This document shows, piece by piece, positions 20,284 to 29,167 of a DNA stretch of 64,000 nucleotides (position 1 is its first letter; every line of letters begins with the position of its first letter). The stretch comes from Terrisporobacter sp. (GTDB lineage: Bacteria; Bacillota; Clostridia; Peptostreptococcales; Peptostreptococcaceae). The notes below the pieces were generated by a model, which saw nothing but the letters and a program-made list of their open reading frames with translations, did not search any database and was not told the DNA's origin. The stretch is from NCBI GenBank assembly GCA_036648085.1, contig JAVXJA010000005.1, forward strand, positions 1 to 64,000, in the 5' to 3' direction. Both the position numbers and the translations under genes were made by a program.

Positions 20284-21243
20284 ATGGGATTATTTAGCAA
20301 CCAATTTTCAAATGTAGTTGAATGGGAAGAATTTAGAGATGATATGCTATTTTGGAAATGGGATAATAAAGAAATAAAAAAAGGTAGTAAATTGGTAATT
20401 AGAATGGGTCAAGATGCTATTTTTATGTATAATGGTAAAGTTGAAGGAATATTTGAAGATGAAGGTAGTTTTGACATGGAATCACAAATTGTTCCCTTCT
20501 TATCAACATTAAAAGGATTTAAATTTGGATTTAATAGTGGTATTAGAGCAGAAGTTTTATTTGTTAATACTAAGGAATTAACAGTGAAATGGGGAACAAA
20601 AAATTCTATTAATATTCCTGCACAAGGATTACCGGGAGGAATGCCTATTAAGTCTTTCGGTACATTTTGTTGTAAAATATCTGACTATCAGGTATTAATA
20701 GATAAGGTGGCAGGTGTAAAAAAACAATATACAATTGATGATGTAAAAGCACGTATAATGTCTATGTTAGATCAAGTGCTTATGAAGTGGATTGTTAAAG
20801 AAGGTAAAGATTTATTTAATCTTCAAGCTAATGCTTATGAAATATCAAAAGGTATTCAGGAAGATTTAGATATGGAAATGGAGAAAATAGGAATTGCAAT
20901 AACTAATTTTGCAATATCTAGTGTTTCTTATCCAAAAGAAGTTCAAGAAATGGCAAATAAAGCAGCATCTCAAAGTATGCTTGGAGATATGGATAAGTAT
21001 ACTAAAATTGCCATGGCAGACTCTTTAGGAAAAGGAGGAAGTTCTGCAGCAGATATGGCAGGCATTCAAGTTGGGATGATGATGGGACAACAAATGGTTA
21101 ATAATATGAATAATAATCAAGGCTATCAAAACCAATCAGGTAATAATAATTCAGGGAATAGTAAATCTAATTTCTGTCCAAACTGTGGAATTAAGAATGA
21201 AGGGGCTAATTTCTGTCCAAACTGTGGAATAAAATTAGGATAA
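20284..21243 (+). CDS. PspA-associated SPFH/band-7-like protein with tandem C-terminal zinc ribbons (B. subtilis YdjI-like)
   Basis: VVEWEEFRDDMLFWKW...FLSTLKGFKFGFNSG core. C-terminal NFCPNCGIK repeated twice. AGGAGG ribosome-binding site 9 nt before ATG at 20284. Confidence 0.8.
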   Translation: MGLFSNQFSNVVEWEEFRDDMLFWKWDNKEIKKGSKLVIRMGQDAIFMYNGKVEGIFEDEGSFDMESQIVPFLSTLKGFKFGFNSGIRAEVLFVNTKELTVKWGTKNSINIPAQGLPGGMPIKSFGTFCCKISDYQVLIDKVAGVKKQYTIDDVKARIMSMLDQVLMKWIVKEGKDLFNLQANAYEISKGIQEDLDMEMEKIGIAITNFAISSVSYPKEVQEMANKAASQSMLGDMDKYTKIAMADSLGKGGSSAADMAGIQVGMMMGQQMVNNMNNNQGYQNQSGNNNSGNSKSNFCPNCGIKNEGANFCPNCGIKLG

Positions 21244-21508
21244 TTATAAAATCATAAAAATAGGATATAAGTTAAGCTTAGCTTATATTCTATTTTTTTA
21301 TCATTGAAGGATATTCTATTTTTTAGTACTTGTTAATTAATAAGGGCAAAAGTAAAATATTTTACTATATTAGATAAAAAATAAAAATTTTATTTAATTA
21401 TTAATAATTATAACTGTAATATATGGAAAAAAATATTATAATATAAATATGTGATTTATTGGAATATTAATTATATTTCCAAAGACATTAGGGGGGGAAT
21501 ACATAAAA

Positions 21509-22480
21509 ATGAAAAACAAAAGAAATAGCGTAGAGTTAGTGTCACCAATAGGGAGATGTTGTGTGCACGTGGATTTAAGAAATCCAAGTAATGAATATAT
21601 TGAGGCAAAGTTGTCACCTTTTGCTTCATATAAAGGGGACAATCATAAAATCAATAGACCAAAGAGAACCACATCCAAATCAGAAGTTGATTTTTTATTG
21701 GAAAAGGGACATGTAGGTGAAATAGAAAAAATGATTTTAGTAGCAATAAACCATTTGGTTTTTGCCACATCTCTGCAAATTACAACATATATCAATAAGA
21801 CAGGTATAAAGATTGAATCAAAGTCTGTAGCAAGAAAACTGACTAGATTAAAGGAAAAAAGCTTTGTAAAACAAATAGAATTTATATCAGAAAATAGTAT
21901 AAGTTCTTATAAAGCGTATTATTTAGGATATCACGGAATTGGTCTTTTGAGAGCATTAGATAGAAAAACTTATTCTCAAGGATATGTAAGTGAAATAAAA
22001 ACTGCTAAAATAAAATGTTTATTAGCATCTAATCAATTACTAACACAGGTTATGAATGGGGAAGCAGATTTTAAAGTATCTAAGATAATATTAAATGAAA
22101 GTATAAGAAATTGTATAGTGAGACCGCAATCCATATTAAATACTAATAGTAAATCATATCTTGTGGAGGTTGTAAGAAAAACAGAGAATTGGAAAGAAGA
22201 TTTTGTAAATAAACTTGCAAGATATGAAAACGTTATTGAAAATTATGAAACTTTAAATATTAAATTTAAAGTTAAACCTACCTTAATAATACAAGGTGAA
22301 TCATATGATCATATGATTGAAATTATGAGTACAACCAAAGAAAGAGAAGAAAACTCTAATATAAATATTATTTATACATATGATAGAATTCTCCTATATA
22401 ATGTAGAAGAAGCTTTCTTCTCACTAGAAGAAAAACAAGTTAAAAAGAACTTATTTTCATTTTTATTTAGTAAATGTTAA
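21509..22480 (+). CDS. hypothetical protein (possible winged-helix region), orphan ORF in an AT-rich island
   Basis: 323-aa ORF with poly-G ribosome-binding site (GGGGGGG). Terminator downstream. No confident family assignment. Confidence 0.4.
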   Translation: MKNKRNSVELVSPIGRCCVHVDLRNPSNEYIEAKLSPFASYKGDNHKINRPKRTTSKSEVDFLLEKGHVGEIEKMILVAINHLVFATSLQITTYINKTGIKIESKSVARKLTRLKEKSFVKQIEFISENSISSYKAYYLGYHGIGLLRALDRKTYSQGYVSEIKTAKIKCLLASNQLLTQVMNGEADFKVSKIILNESIRNCIVRPQSILNTNSKSYLVEVVRKTENWKEDFVNKLARYENVIENYETLNIKFKVKPTLIIQGESYDHMIEIMSTTKEREENSNINIIYTYDRILLYNVEEAFFSLEEKQVKKNLFSFLFSKC

Positions 22481-22486
22481 TTACAG

Positions 22487-22530
22487 AAAAAGACACTTGG
22501 TAATAGATATATTCCAAGTGTCTTTTTACT
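22487..22530 (+). terminator. Rho-independent terminator
   Basis: aaagacacttgg...ccaagtgtcttt hairpin followed by a T-run. Confidence 0.65.
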
Positions 22531-23041
22531 TATAAGGAGATTATATTGCTCCAAAATCTGTGGATAATCTGTGAAATGAAGAAATATCAGCATGTACAGA
22601 ACTGTAAAAAAGTACGATTTTGAGCAACGGGATAAGTCGCAGCTAAGCAAGACTTATACGTTGACGACATGAGCAAAGCGAATTTTTTATATCTGATAAT
22701 TGTTAAACTAACATATAAAATCATCTTAATTTATAATTTAAATATAGTCCGATAAAATATTTTAATTCTGAAAAAATTTAATGAAATATGACAAATACAA
22801 TTGATATCATAAAAATAATTGATGAAAATAATGAATATATAAAAATTCTTATTCCTTTCATAAAAAATTTACATTAAATTCATATTGATGAGTTATTATT
22901 AAAACATAGAAAGACTAGCTTAATAATTTACTTAAATACCCGTATAATGATAGATTCCCTCACACTCTTTTATCTATCATTATAAACACTTAAAGCCCTG
23001 TACCCTCGTAGCAGGGCCTTATTTTTTTGGAAATAAAATAT

Positions 23042-23479
23042 TCATATGAATTTATAAGTGTGTTTTTTCTTTTTAAAAATCTTATTTCTTAACAAATCAT
23101 CTACATAAATTGCTAAAAATGATAAAAAGAACCAAGCAAGAGAGCTTCTAAGGGAAACCTGTCCTAAAAAATTATATTTCATATAAGAGTAATCCCAAAC
23201 ATTTAATAATAGTATTTTATTTATAATAATCCCGGAAACTAATTCTACAGTATTAACAATAAGTACTGAAATAATCATTTGTAGGAATAAAGGTATTTCT
23301 TTTGATGAAACTTCATTAATGGAACCGATTAATATAAAACATAACCCACCAACTATTATCATGGAAAAATGAGAATAACCTCTGTAAATAACCTCAATAA
23401 AGTAATATGTTACACCTCCTATTAAAAATAAAGTAAAATATTCTAAAAATAAATTTAATTTTTTCATACTAGTCACCAT
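23042..23479 (-). CDS. small polytopic membrane protein (putative ABC-transporter type IV / DUF1113-like)
   Basis: 145 aa, four predicted TM helices. Motif FLIGGVTYYFIEVIYRG resembles that family. Confidence 0.4.
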   Translation of the reverse strand: MVTSMKKLNLFLEYFTLFLIGGVTYYFIEVIYRGYSHFSMIIVGGLCFILIGSINEVSSKEIPLFLQMIISVLIVNTVELVSGIIINKILLLNVWDYSYMKYNFLGQVSLRSSLAWFFLSFLAIYVDDLLRNKIFKKKKHTYKFI

Positions 23480-23623
23480 CTTTATATAATTTAATCGTTA
23501 TAATATATTTTTTGTATCCAATTGATTAACATACGTGGTAAAAAAAGTAACAAAAATGTTTGTGATTTAAAAGATGTGGGTAAATACGTATTAATAAAAA
23601 CAATATTATAGGAGGACATACAT

Positions 23624-23797
23624 ATGTCAGATAGAATAGTATGCGATTGCATGGGAACATCTTTTGAAGATATAAAAAAAGCAGTTGAAGATGGAGCAAA
23701 AACATTAGATGTTATAAAAGAAACTACTGAAGCAGGAACAATATGTTGCGGATGTGATTGTGAAATAGAAGAAGCATTAAACGAAATAGTAAAATAA
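23624..23797 (+). CDS. BFD-like [2Fe-2S]-binding domain miniprotein (57 aa; absent from the ORF track)
   Basis: Translates to MSDRIVCDCMGTSFEDIKKAVEDGAKTLDVIKETTEAGTICCGCDCEIEEALNEIVK. Cx(1)C...Cx(2)C pattern of BFD-like domains. AGGAGG ribosome-binding site 7 nt upstream. Strong terminator downstream. Replaces the antisense track ORF 23491..23838. Confidence 0.65.
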   Translation: MSDRIVCDCMGTSFEDIKKAVEDGAKTLDVIKETTEAGTICCGCDCEIEEALNEIVK

Positions 23798-23829
23798 TAT
23801 TTTATATAGTGTGAAACGAATCTTGATAT

Positions 23830-23867
23830 TCGTTTCATATTTTTTTGAAAATATACTGGAAATTTAA
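23830..23867 (+). terminator. Rho-independent terminator
   Basis: tgaaacgaat-cttgat-attcgtttca hairpin followed by TTTTTTT. Confidence 0.7.
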
Positions 23868-24167
23868 GGATAAAAAATAGATTTTAATTGAAAAAGATAT
23901 ACATAAAATAATGAGAAAAATGTATATCAAACATAGTGTTAAAGCCGATTTTACAAGATAAACAAAAATTAGAAAATATAATAATTAAATGATATAGATA
24001 AAAAAATTTTACATTACATTTTAAAGTTGTTTGATATTTTTAAATTATTATTGTATAATAAATCTCAAGGAAAATAATGACTTAGGAAAATATTTTACAA
24101 GGTGGGAAAATGATTTTTATGTAGAATGTTTTTTATTATATAAACAATAAGAGAGGGATTGATTAAT

Positions 24168-25385
24168 ATGTTAAAAGTTACTTTAAATGATGTAAAAAAA
24201 GCTCAAGAAACTATAAAAGGTGTTGTAAAAGAAACTCCTGTTTTAGAAAGTAAAACTTTAAGTGAAATGACAGGTGCAAACGTTTTTTATAAATGTGAAA
24301 ATTTACAAAAAACTGGTTCATTCAAAGTTAGAGGAGCAGTTAATACAATTGCTAACTTAACAGAACAAGAAAAGGCAAACGGTGTCATAGCTTCAAGTGC
24401 TGGAAACCATGCTCAAGGTGTTGCTTTAGGAGCACAAATGACGGGAATAAAAGCTACAATAGTAATGCCAGCTACTGCACCACTTGCAAAAGTTTCTGCA
24501 ACTAGAGGATACGGAGCTGAAGTTGTATTAAATGGAGAAGTTTATGATGATGCTTATGCAAAAGCAGTAGAATTACAAAAAGAAACTGGTGCTACTTTTA
24601 TACATCCATTCAACAATGAATATGTAATGGCGGGACAAGGAACTATATCATTAGAAATATTTAATCAATTAAACAACGAAGTAGATACTATACTTTGCCC
24701 AATAGGTGGTGGGGGAATAATAGCTGGTGTTGCTGTTGCTGCTAAAGCTTTAAACCCAAATGTAAAGATAGTAGGTGTTCAAACTTCAAACATACCTTCA
24801 ATGCAAGAGTCAGTAAAAAATGGAGAAGTTACAACTGCATTCAAAGCTGCTACAATAGCTGATGGTATAGCTGTTAAGACTCCAGGAGATGCTACATTCG
24901 AAATAATAAAAGAATTAGTTGATGATGTTATAACTGTAACTGAAGAAGAAATAGCTCAAGGAATGTTATTCTTATTAGAACATCAAAAAATAGTTTCAGA
25001 AGGCGCTGGAGCAGTATCTACAGCAGCTTTATTATCTAAGAAATATCAACCAACTGCAGGGGAAAAAGTTGTTTGTATAGTTTCTGGAGGAAATGTAGAT
25101 GTTAACACATTATACAGAGTTATGGGTGTTGGTTTAGCTAAAGAAGGAAGAAGATACTCATTCAGTACTATAATGACTGATAAGCCAGGTGGATTTTTAC
25201 AATTAATAAAAATAATAAGCGAAAATAATGCGAACATATTAAATGCTAACCAAACTAAATTATCTTCAGGTGGAGCTATAGGAAAGCAATCAGCTGAATT
25301 TATACTTGAAACATTTGATCATGACCATATAGCAAAAATAAGAAAAGAAATAGAAGAAGCAGGATTTGTAATCACTGCATTATAA
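24168..25385 (+). CDS. ilvA: threonine ammonia-lyase (threonine dehydratase) with C-terminal ACT-like regulatory domain
   Basis: PLP-lysine motif SFKVRGA. Glycine-rich loop. About 80-aa C-terminal regulatory domain. GAGAGGGA ribosome-binding site before ATG at 24168. Confidence 0.85.
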   Translation: MLKVTLNDVKKAQETIKGVVKETPVLESKTLSEMTGANVFYKCENLQKTGSFKVRGAVNTIANLTEQEKANGVIASSAGNHAQGVALGAQMTGIKATIVMPATAPLAKVSATRGYGAEVVLNGEVYDDAYAKAVELQKETGATFIHPFNNEYVMAGQGTISLEIFNQLNNEVDTILCPIGGGGIIAGVAVAAKALNPNVKIVGVQTSNIPSMQESVKNGEVTTAFKAATIADGIAVKTPGDATFEIIKELVDDVITVTEEEIAQGMLFLLEHQKIVSEGAGAVSTAALLSKKYQPTAGEKVVCIVSGGNVDVNTLYRVMGVGLAKEGRRYSFSTIMTDKPGGFLQLIKIISENNANILNANQTKLSSGGAIGKQSAEFILETFDHDHIAKIRKEIEEAGFVITAL

Positions 25386-25421
25386 GATATAAAAAGGGTA
25401 TAAGGGAATTAAAATAATAAA

Positions 25422-25482
25422 AAAAGCTGTTGTATTAGCAATTAAAAATTGCAGTACAATAGCTTTTTCTTTTTAAAGAAAA
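25422..25482. terminator. bidirectional terminator between ilvA and the thioredoxin-like gene
   Basis: agctgttgta...tacaatagct hairpin flanked by A-run and T-run. Confidence 0.55.
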
Positions 25483-25488
25483 TTTTTA

Positions 25489-25983
25489 TTATTTTATTAT
25501 GTTCAAAATGTCATTTGCAGAATCAGTTAAATATTTTCCTTTATAGTAATCAAGTTTTATATCATCAAAACTACTAGCGTTCTTTACAATATCAGGCCTT
25601 TCTTGGAATGTTCCTAAAACGTTAAAATCGTTATCTAAAACAACAACTAAAGGATATTTACCATCATTTATACCTAAAATAGGTTCTATATATTTTTTAC
25701 CTCTAGCCATAGTAATAACAGACATATCAAATTTTGGATTAAGATCCATAAATCTTTTTAATATAGCACCATTTAGTTGATAATCAGGACACCATATTTC
25801 ACCTGCTACTAAAAATTTTATTTCTTTATCAAAGTTAATTATGTTGTTGGTTAATTCTTCATCAAAATTAATTCTAGATGAGTTTTTAGGTATTCTACCT
25901 CTTTCACTTTTAGTTCCTTGTCCAACTGATGATTCAAAAGAGCAACCTACTTTATATAATTCTTTTAATGTCATTTGGTTCAT
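25489..25983 (-). CDS. thioredoxin-fold family protein, co-oriented with CoA-disulfide reductase
   Basis: Start MNQMTLKELYK chosen 7 nt after an AGGAGG ribosome-binding site and just after the upstream stop. The ORF-track start at 26064 overlaps the upstream gene. Thioredoxin-like fold is inferred with low confidence. No clear CxxC motif (one Cys in EIWCPD). Confidence 0.45.
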   Translation of the reverse strand: MNQMTLKELYKVGCSFESSVGQGTKSERGRIPKNSSRINFDEELTNNIINFDKEIKFLVAGEIWCPDYQLNGAILKRFMDLNPKFDMSVITMARGKKYIEPILGINDGKYPLVVVLDNDFNVLGTFQERPDIVKNASSFDDIKLDYYKGKYLTDSANDILNIIK

Positions 25984-25997
25984 AAATTTCCTCCTGT

Positions 25998-27329
25998 TTA
26001 TTTGCTTACATTCCCTGCAATATTTAAAATGTCCCACGTAGTAGCAAAGGGAGGTGCATAACATAAATCGAGCATACCTAATTGTGCTGTAGTCATTTTA
26101 GCAGTTATAGCAGTAGCTAATACATTAGTTCTTTGAACTGCGTCTTTATAACCAGCTATTTGTCCACCAAGTATCACCTTAGTATTAGCATTATATATAA
26201 GTTTTATAGTTAATTTTTCTCTACCTGGATAGTAGTGAGTTTGATTATAATTAGTTACCACTTTAGTTTTATAATCAATGTTTAAATCATTTGCTTTTTG
26301 CTCTGTTAATCCTGTAGCAGCAGCTTCCATATTTAAAACTTTTATACAACTTGATGCTAAAGAACCAGGGAAAGATGAATTAATTCCACCTAAGTTTTCA
26401 CCAACAATTCTACCCAATTTATTAGCTCCAGTAGCTAAAGGAGCATACATATCCTCATTAGTTATTAGATTTTTTATAGATGCACAATCACCTGCTGAAT
26501 AAACATCTTCGATAGATGTTCTACCACATTCATCAACTATTATAGCACCATTAGGTAACATGTTAATATCTGTATTTTTTAAGAATTGAGTATTTGGTTC
26601 AACACCTATAGCTATTATAACTAAATCAGCATTTATTTCACCTTTATTAGTAATAACTTTTTCTATTTTATTATTGCCAAGATATTTTTGAACAGTTTCA
26701 CCAAGATGCAGATGAATATTATTATTTCTTAATTCTTCTTCTAATAAATCTGTTATTTCTTTATCAAAAACCTTACTTAAAATTCGATTACTTCGACCTA
26801 TAAGGTGTATATTTTTATTAAGCTTTTTAGCAGCTTCTATAGTTTCTATTCCTATAAATCCAGAACCAACTATCACTATATTTTTTACATCATCCTTATT
26901 AATTAATTCTTTTAATTTAATACCATCATTCATATCTTTTAAAGTAGTTAAGTTCTCGTAATTTTTATCTAAAGAAGGCATGATACTACTTGCTCCAGTA
27001 GCTATCATTAATTTATCATAGTTATCTTCAAATATTTCTTCAGTTATAGTATCTTTTATTGTAAGTTTTTTATTAAGTGTATCCACATTAATAACTTCTT
27101 TAAAAGTTCTTAAGTCTATTCCTGATTCAATAAATTTTGATTTTTCTCTAGCAATCATCATATTTGAATTCTGGAAAAAGTCGCCTACGAAGTAGGGAAG
27201 ACCACAAGCACCAAAAGATACTATATCAGTTTTTTCATATACGACAACATGGTAATCTGGTTTTATTCTTTTTAATTTTGCAGCAGCGGACATGCCAGCA
27301 GCTACAGCTCCTATTATAACAACTCTCAT
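25998..27329 (-). CDS. CoA-disulfide reductase / NADH oxidase family pyridine nucleotide-disulfide oxidoreductase
   Basis: FAD-binding motif VVIIGAVAAGMSAA. Single redox-active Cys in SFGACGLPY. Second Rossmann motif IVIVGSGFIGIE. Confidence 0.85.
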   Translation of the reverse strand: MRVVIIGAVAAGMSAAAKLKRIKPDYHVVVYEKTDIVSFGACGLPYFVGDFFQNSNMMIAREKSKFIESGIDLRTFKEVINVDTLNKKLTIKDTITEEIFEDNYDKLMIATGASSIMPSLDKNYENLTTLKDMNDGIKLKELINKDDVKNIVIVGSGFIGIETIEAAKKLNKNIHLIGRSNRILSKVFDKEITDLLEEELRNNNIHLHLGETVQKYLGNNKIEKVITNKGEINADLVIIAIGVEPNTQFLKNTDINMLPNGAIIVDECGRTSIEDVYSAGDCASIKNLITNEDMYAPLATGANKLGRIVGENLGGINSSFPGSLASSCIKVLNMEAAATGLTEQKANDLNIDYKTKVVTNYNQTHYYPGREKLTIKLIYNANTKVILGGQIAGYKDAVQRTNVLATAITAKMTTAQLGMLDLCYAPPFATTWDILNIAGNVSK

Positions 27330-27423
27330 TTTGATCTCCTTGATGTGTTTTTTATTATTACTATTTTATCATTATGATAATACCCTGAAAAGAGAAAAAA
27401 TAATCTATATCACAGAAAAAAAG

Positions 27424-27456
27424 ATAAAACCAGTTAATTTATTAACTGGTTTTATC
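27424..27456. terminator. Rho-independent terminator (bidirectional)
   Basis: aaaaccagttaa-ttt-attaactggtttt perfect hairpin. Confidence 0.6.
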
Positions 27457-27467
27457 TTATATAAATT

Positions 27468-28193
27468 TTATTTATATTTATTAATTGATTCTACAAGGTG
27501 ATTCAATTTGAATTTTGGATATATAGGTCTACGGTTATATAATAGTGTATTTTTTTTATATTCTTTATACTGTTCTGTTTCATCTTCAAAATATTCATTG
27601 ATACCTATTTTAAACATATCTTCTTCATCACCAAAATTCATATATTTTAAATAGTCATCTATTAAAGATGAATTAGCTTCTGTTAATTGAATAAATTCAT
27701 TTTCAATGAATCTTAATTGTTTTAGTAATCCCTTAGTTGCTCGTTGCATTTCATCATTTAAATATTTAACATCTCTTACTGAATTAGTAAGCTCATTCAT
27801 AATACTATATTGAGTATCTCTTATTTTTCTAATAAAAACCTCAGATAAGAAGAATAATTCACCTAGTTTTTTTTCTTTTTCAAAGAATCCAGGTAAAAAT
27901 AATCTTACTGAAGATAAGTCAGATTTTTTGTCAACTGTCAATTGAGTTCCGTGATTAAAGATGATTTTTAATGGGAACTTTAAATCGTCAATATTGGCTT
28001 CCTTTTTTAAAATTTCGTTCTCAACAATAAACAATTTACTATTTTGAAAAATAACAAAACTAGAATTATAGTTATAGAACAATGTTTTAGTAGGAACTTT
28101 ATCTCCAAAATTAAAATCACGAATACCATCATTACATCTAAATATATCACCGTCGTTACTTAAAACAGGATAATAAAAACATTGAAATTTCAT
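27468..28193 (-). CDS. hypothetical protein
   Basis: 241-aa ORF with GGTGGGG ribosome-binding site. No recognisable domain. Confidence 0.4.
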   Translation of the reverse strand: MKFQCFYYPVLSNDGDIFRCNDGIRDFNFGDKVPTKTLFYNYNSSFVIFQNSKLFIVENEILKKEANIDDLKFPLKIIFNHGTQLTVDKKSDLSSVRLFLPGFFEKEKKLGELFFLSEVFIRKIRDTQYSIMNELTNSVRDVKYLNDEMQRATKGLLKQLRFIENEFIQLTEANSSLIDDYLKYMNFGDEEDMFKIGINEYFEDETEQYKEYKKNTLLYNRRPIYPKFKLNHLVESINKYK

Positions 28194-28577
28194 AATACAT
28201 CAACCCCACCCTTATAAAAAAATATATATCTAATGTAATTATATCATTTCTAACTAAATAATGTGAAAAAATTACCAATATATTTGTGTTATTCCAAAAA
28301 GGTATTTATGTAATTTATATTTGAAAGAAACAAATACGTTGGCTTGTTTAAAAAATAAATATATTATATAAAAGTTTATGGATTTATAAATATGACTTAT
28401 TCTATGATAAGATGTTTTTAGAAAAGGGAGTAGAGATATCAGATGATGAGAGCCTGAATATAGCATGAGTAGAGTGATTTATTATAAGGTACAACCAGAA
28501 GAGATACTTTGGGTGAAACAGCAAATATATTTCTTACAACAGTAGAAATAATTAAATTATACTAACGAAATAATAAC

Positions 28578-28630
28578 TTGACTATGAAATAAAGGTTACC
28601 TATAATAATAGTTAACAATAGAAACTATTT
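28578..28630 (+). promoter_or_regulatory. sigma-A promoter of the marR-ABC operon with overlapping inverted-repeat operator
   Basis: Perfect TTGACT, 17 nt spacer, TATAAT. Immediately followed by inverted repeat aatagtt-N9-aactatt. Confidence 0.55.
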
Positions 28631-28670
28631 AGTTGGGAAATTAATTTTCGAAAGAGAAAGGGATGAAGAA

Positions 28671-29138
28671 ATGAAGGATTTAAATAATAAATCAAAAGAG
28701 TTTTTAAACTCAATAGCAAAAATTAAGAAATTAGCTCATAAACAAAAAAAATCAAATGATTTTCATCCAGCAATGCTTATGACACTAAAAACAATATGGT
28801 GTAATTATGAAGACAATAAACTAGATGAAAATTACTGTGGCATGAAAACTTCTGATTTAACTAAAGATTTATGTATAACAAAACCTGCAACTTCTAAGGC
28901 ATTAAATATACTTGAAGAAAAAAATTATATAGAGCGAACTTCAAATAAATCTGATAGAAGGATAGTGTACGTTAAACTGACGTCAGAAGGTGAAAATTTT
29001 TTAAAAGATCAGAACAAAAAATTTGAAAATTTCACATGTAATATTATTGAAAAAATGGGTGAAGAAGATACTGATAACTTAATTAGTTTATTCGGAAAAT
29101 TGTACGATGTAATAGAAGAATTGCAATCAGAAAAATAA
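28671..29138 (+). CDS. MarR family transcriptional regulator
   Basis: 155 aa. Winged-helix region (TSDLTKDLCITKPATSKALNILEEKNYIERTSNKSDRRIVYVKLT). Confidence 0.8.
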   Translation: MKDLNNKSKEFLNSIAKIKKLAHKQKKSNDFHPAMLMTLKTIWCNYEDNKLDENYCGMKTSDLTKDLCITKPATSKALNILEEKNYIERTSNKSDRRIVYVKLTSEGENFLKDQNKKFENFTCNIIEKMGEEDTDNLISLFGKLYDVIEELQSEK

Positions 29139-29167
29139 AATTACGATAATTTAGAAAGGAAGAAACG

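Noticed and set aside
21488-21508. Near-identical 5' UTR string attagggggggaata before the 21509 ORF and again at 63898-63912 before the mrp-like gene
   Set aside because: Probably just a shared poly-G Shine-Dalgarno context. Only 15 nt long, insufficient to argue for a repeat element.
22716-22890. 29-codon ORF (MTNTIDIIKIIDENNEYIKILIPFIKNLH) in the AT-rich spacer
   Set aside because: No ribosome-binding site. Composition is typical of random AT-rich sequence.
23491-23838. 115-aa minus-strand ORF
   Set aside because: It is the antisense of a ribosome-binding-site-led, terminator-followed BFD-like [2Fe-2S] miniprotein on the + strand (23624-23797), which is the better model.
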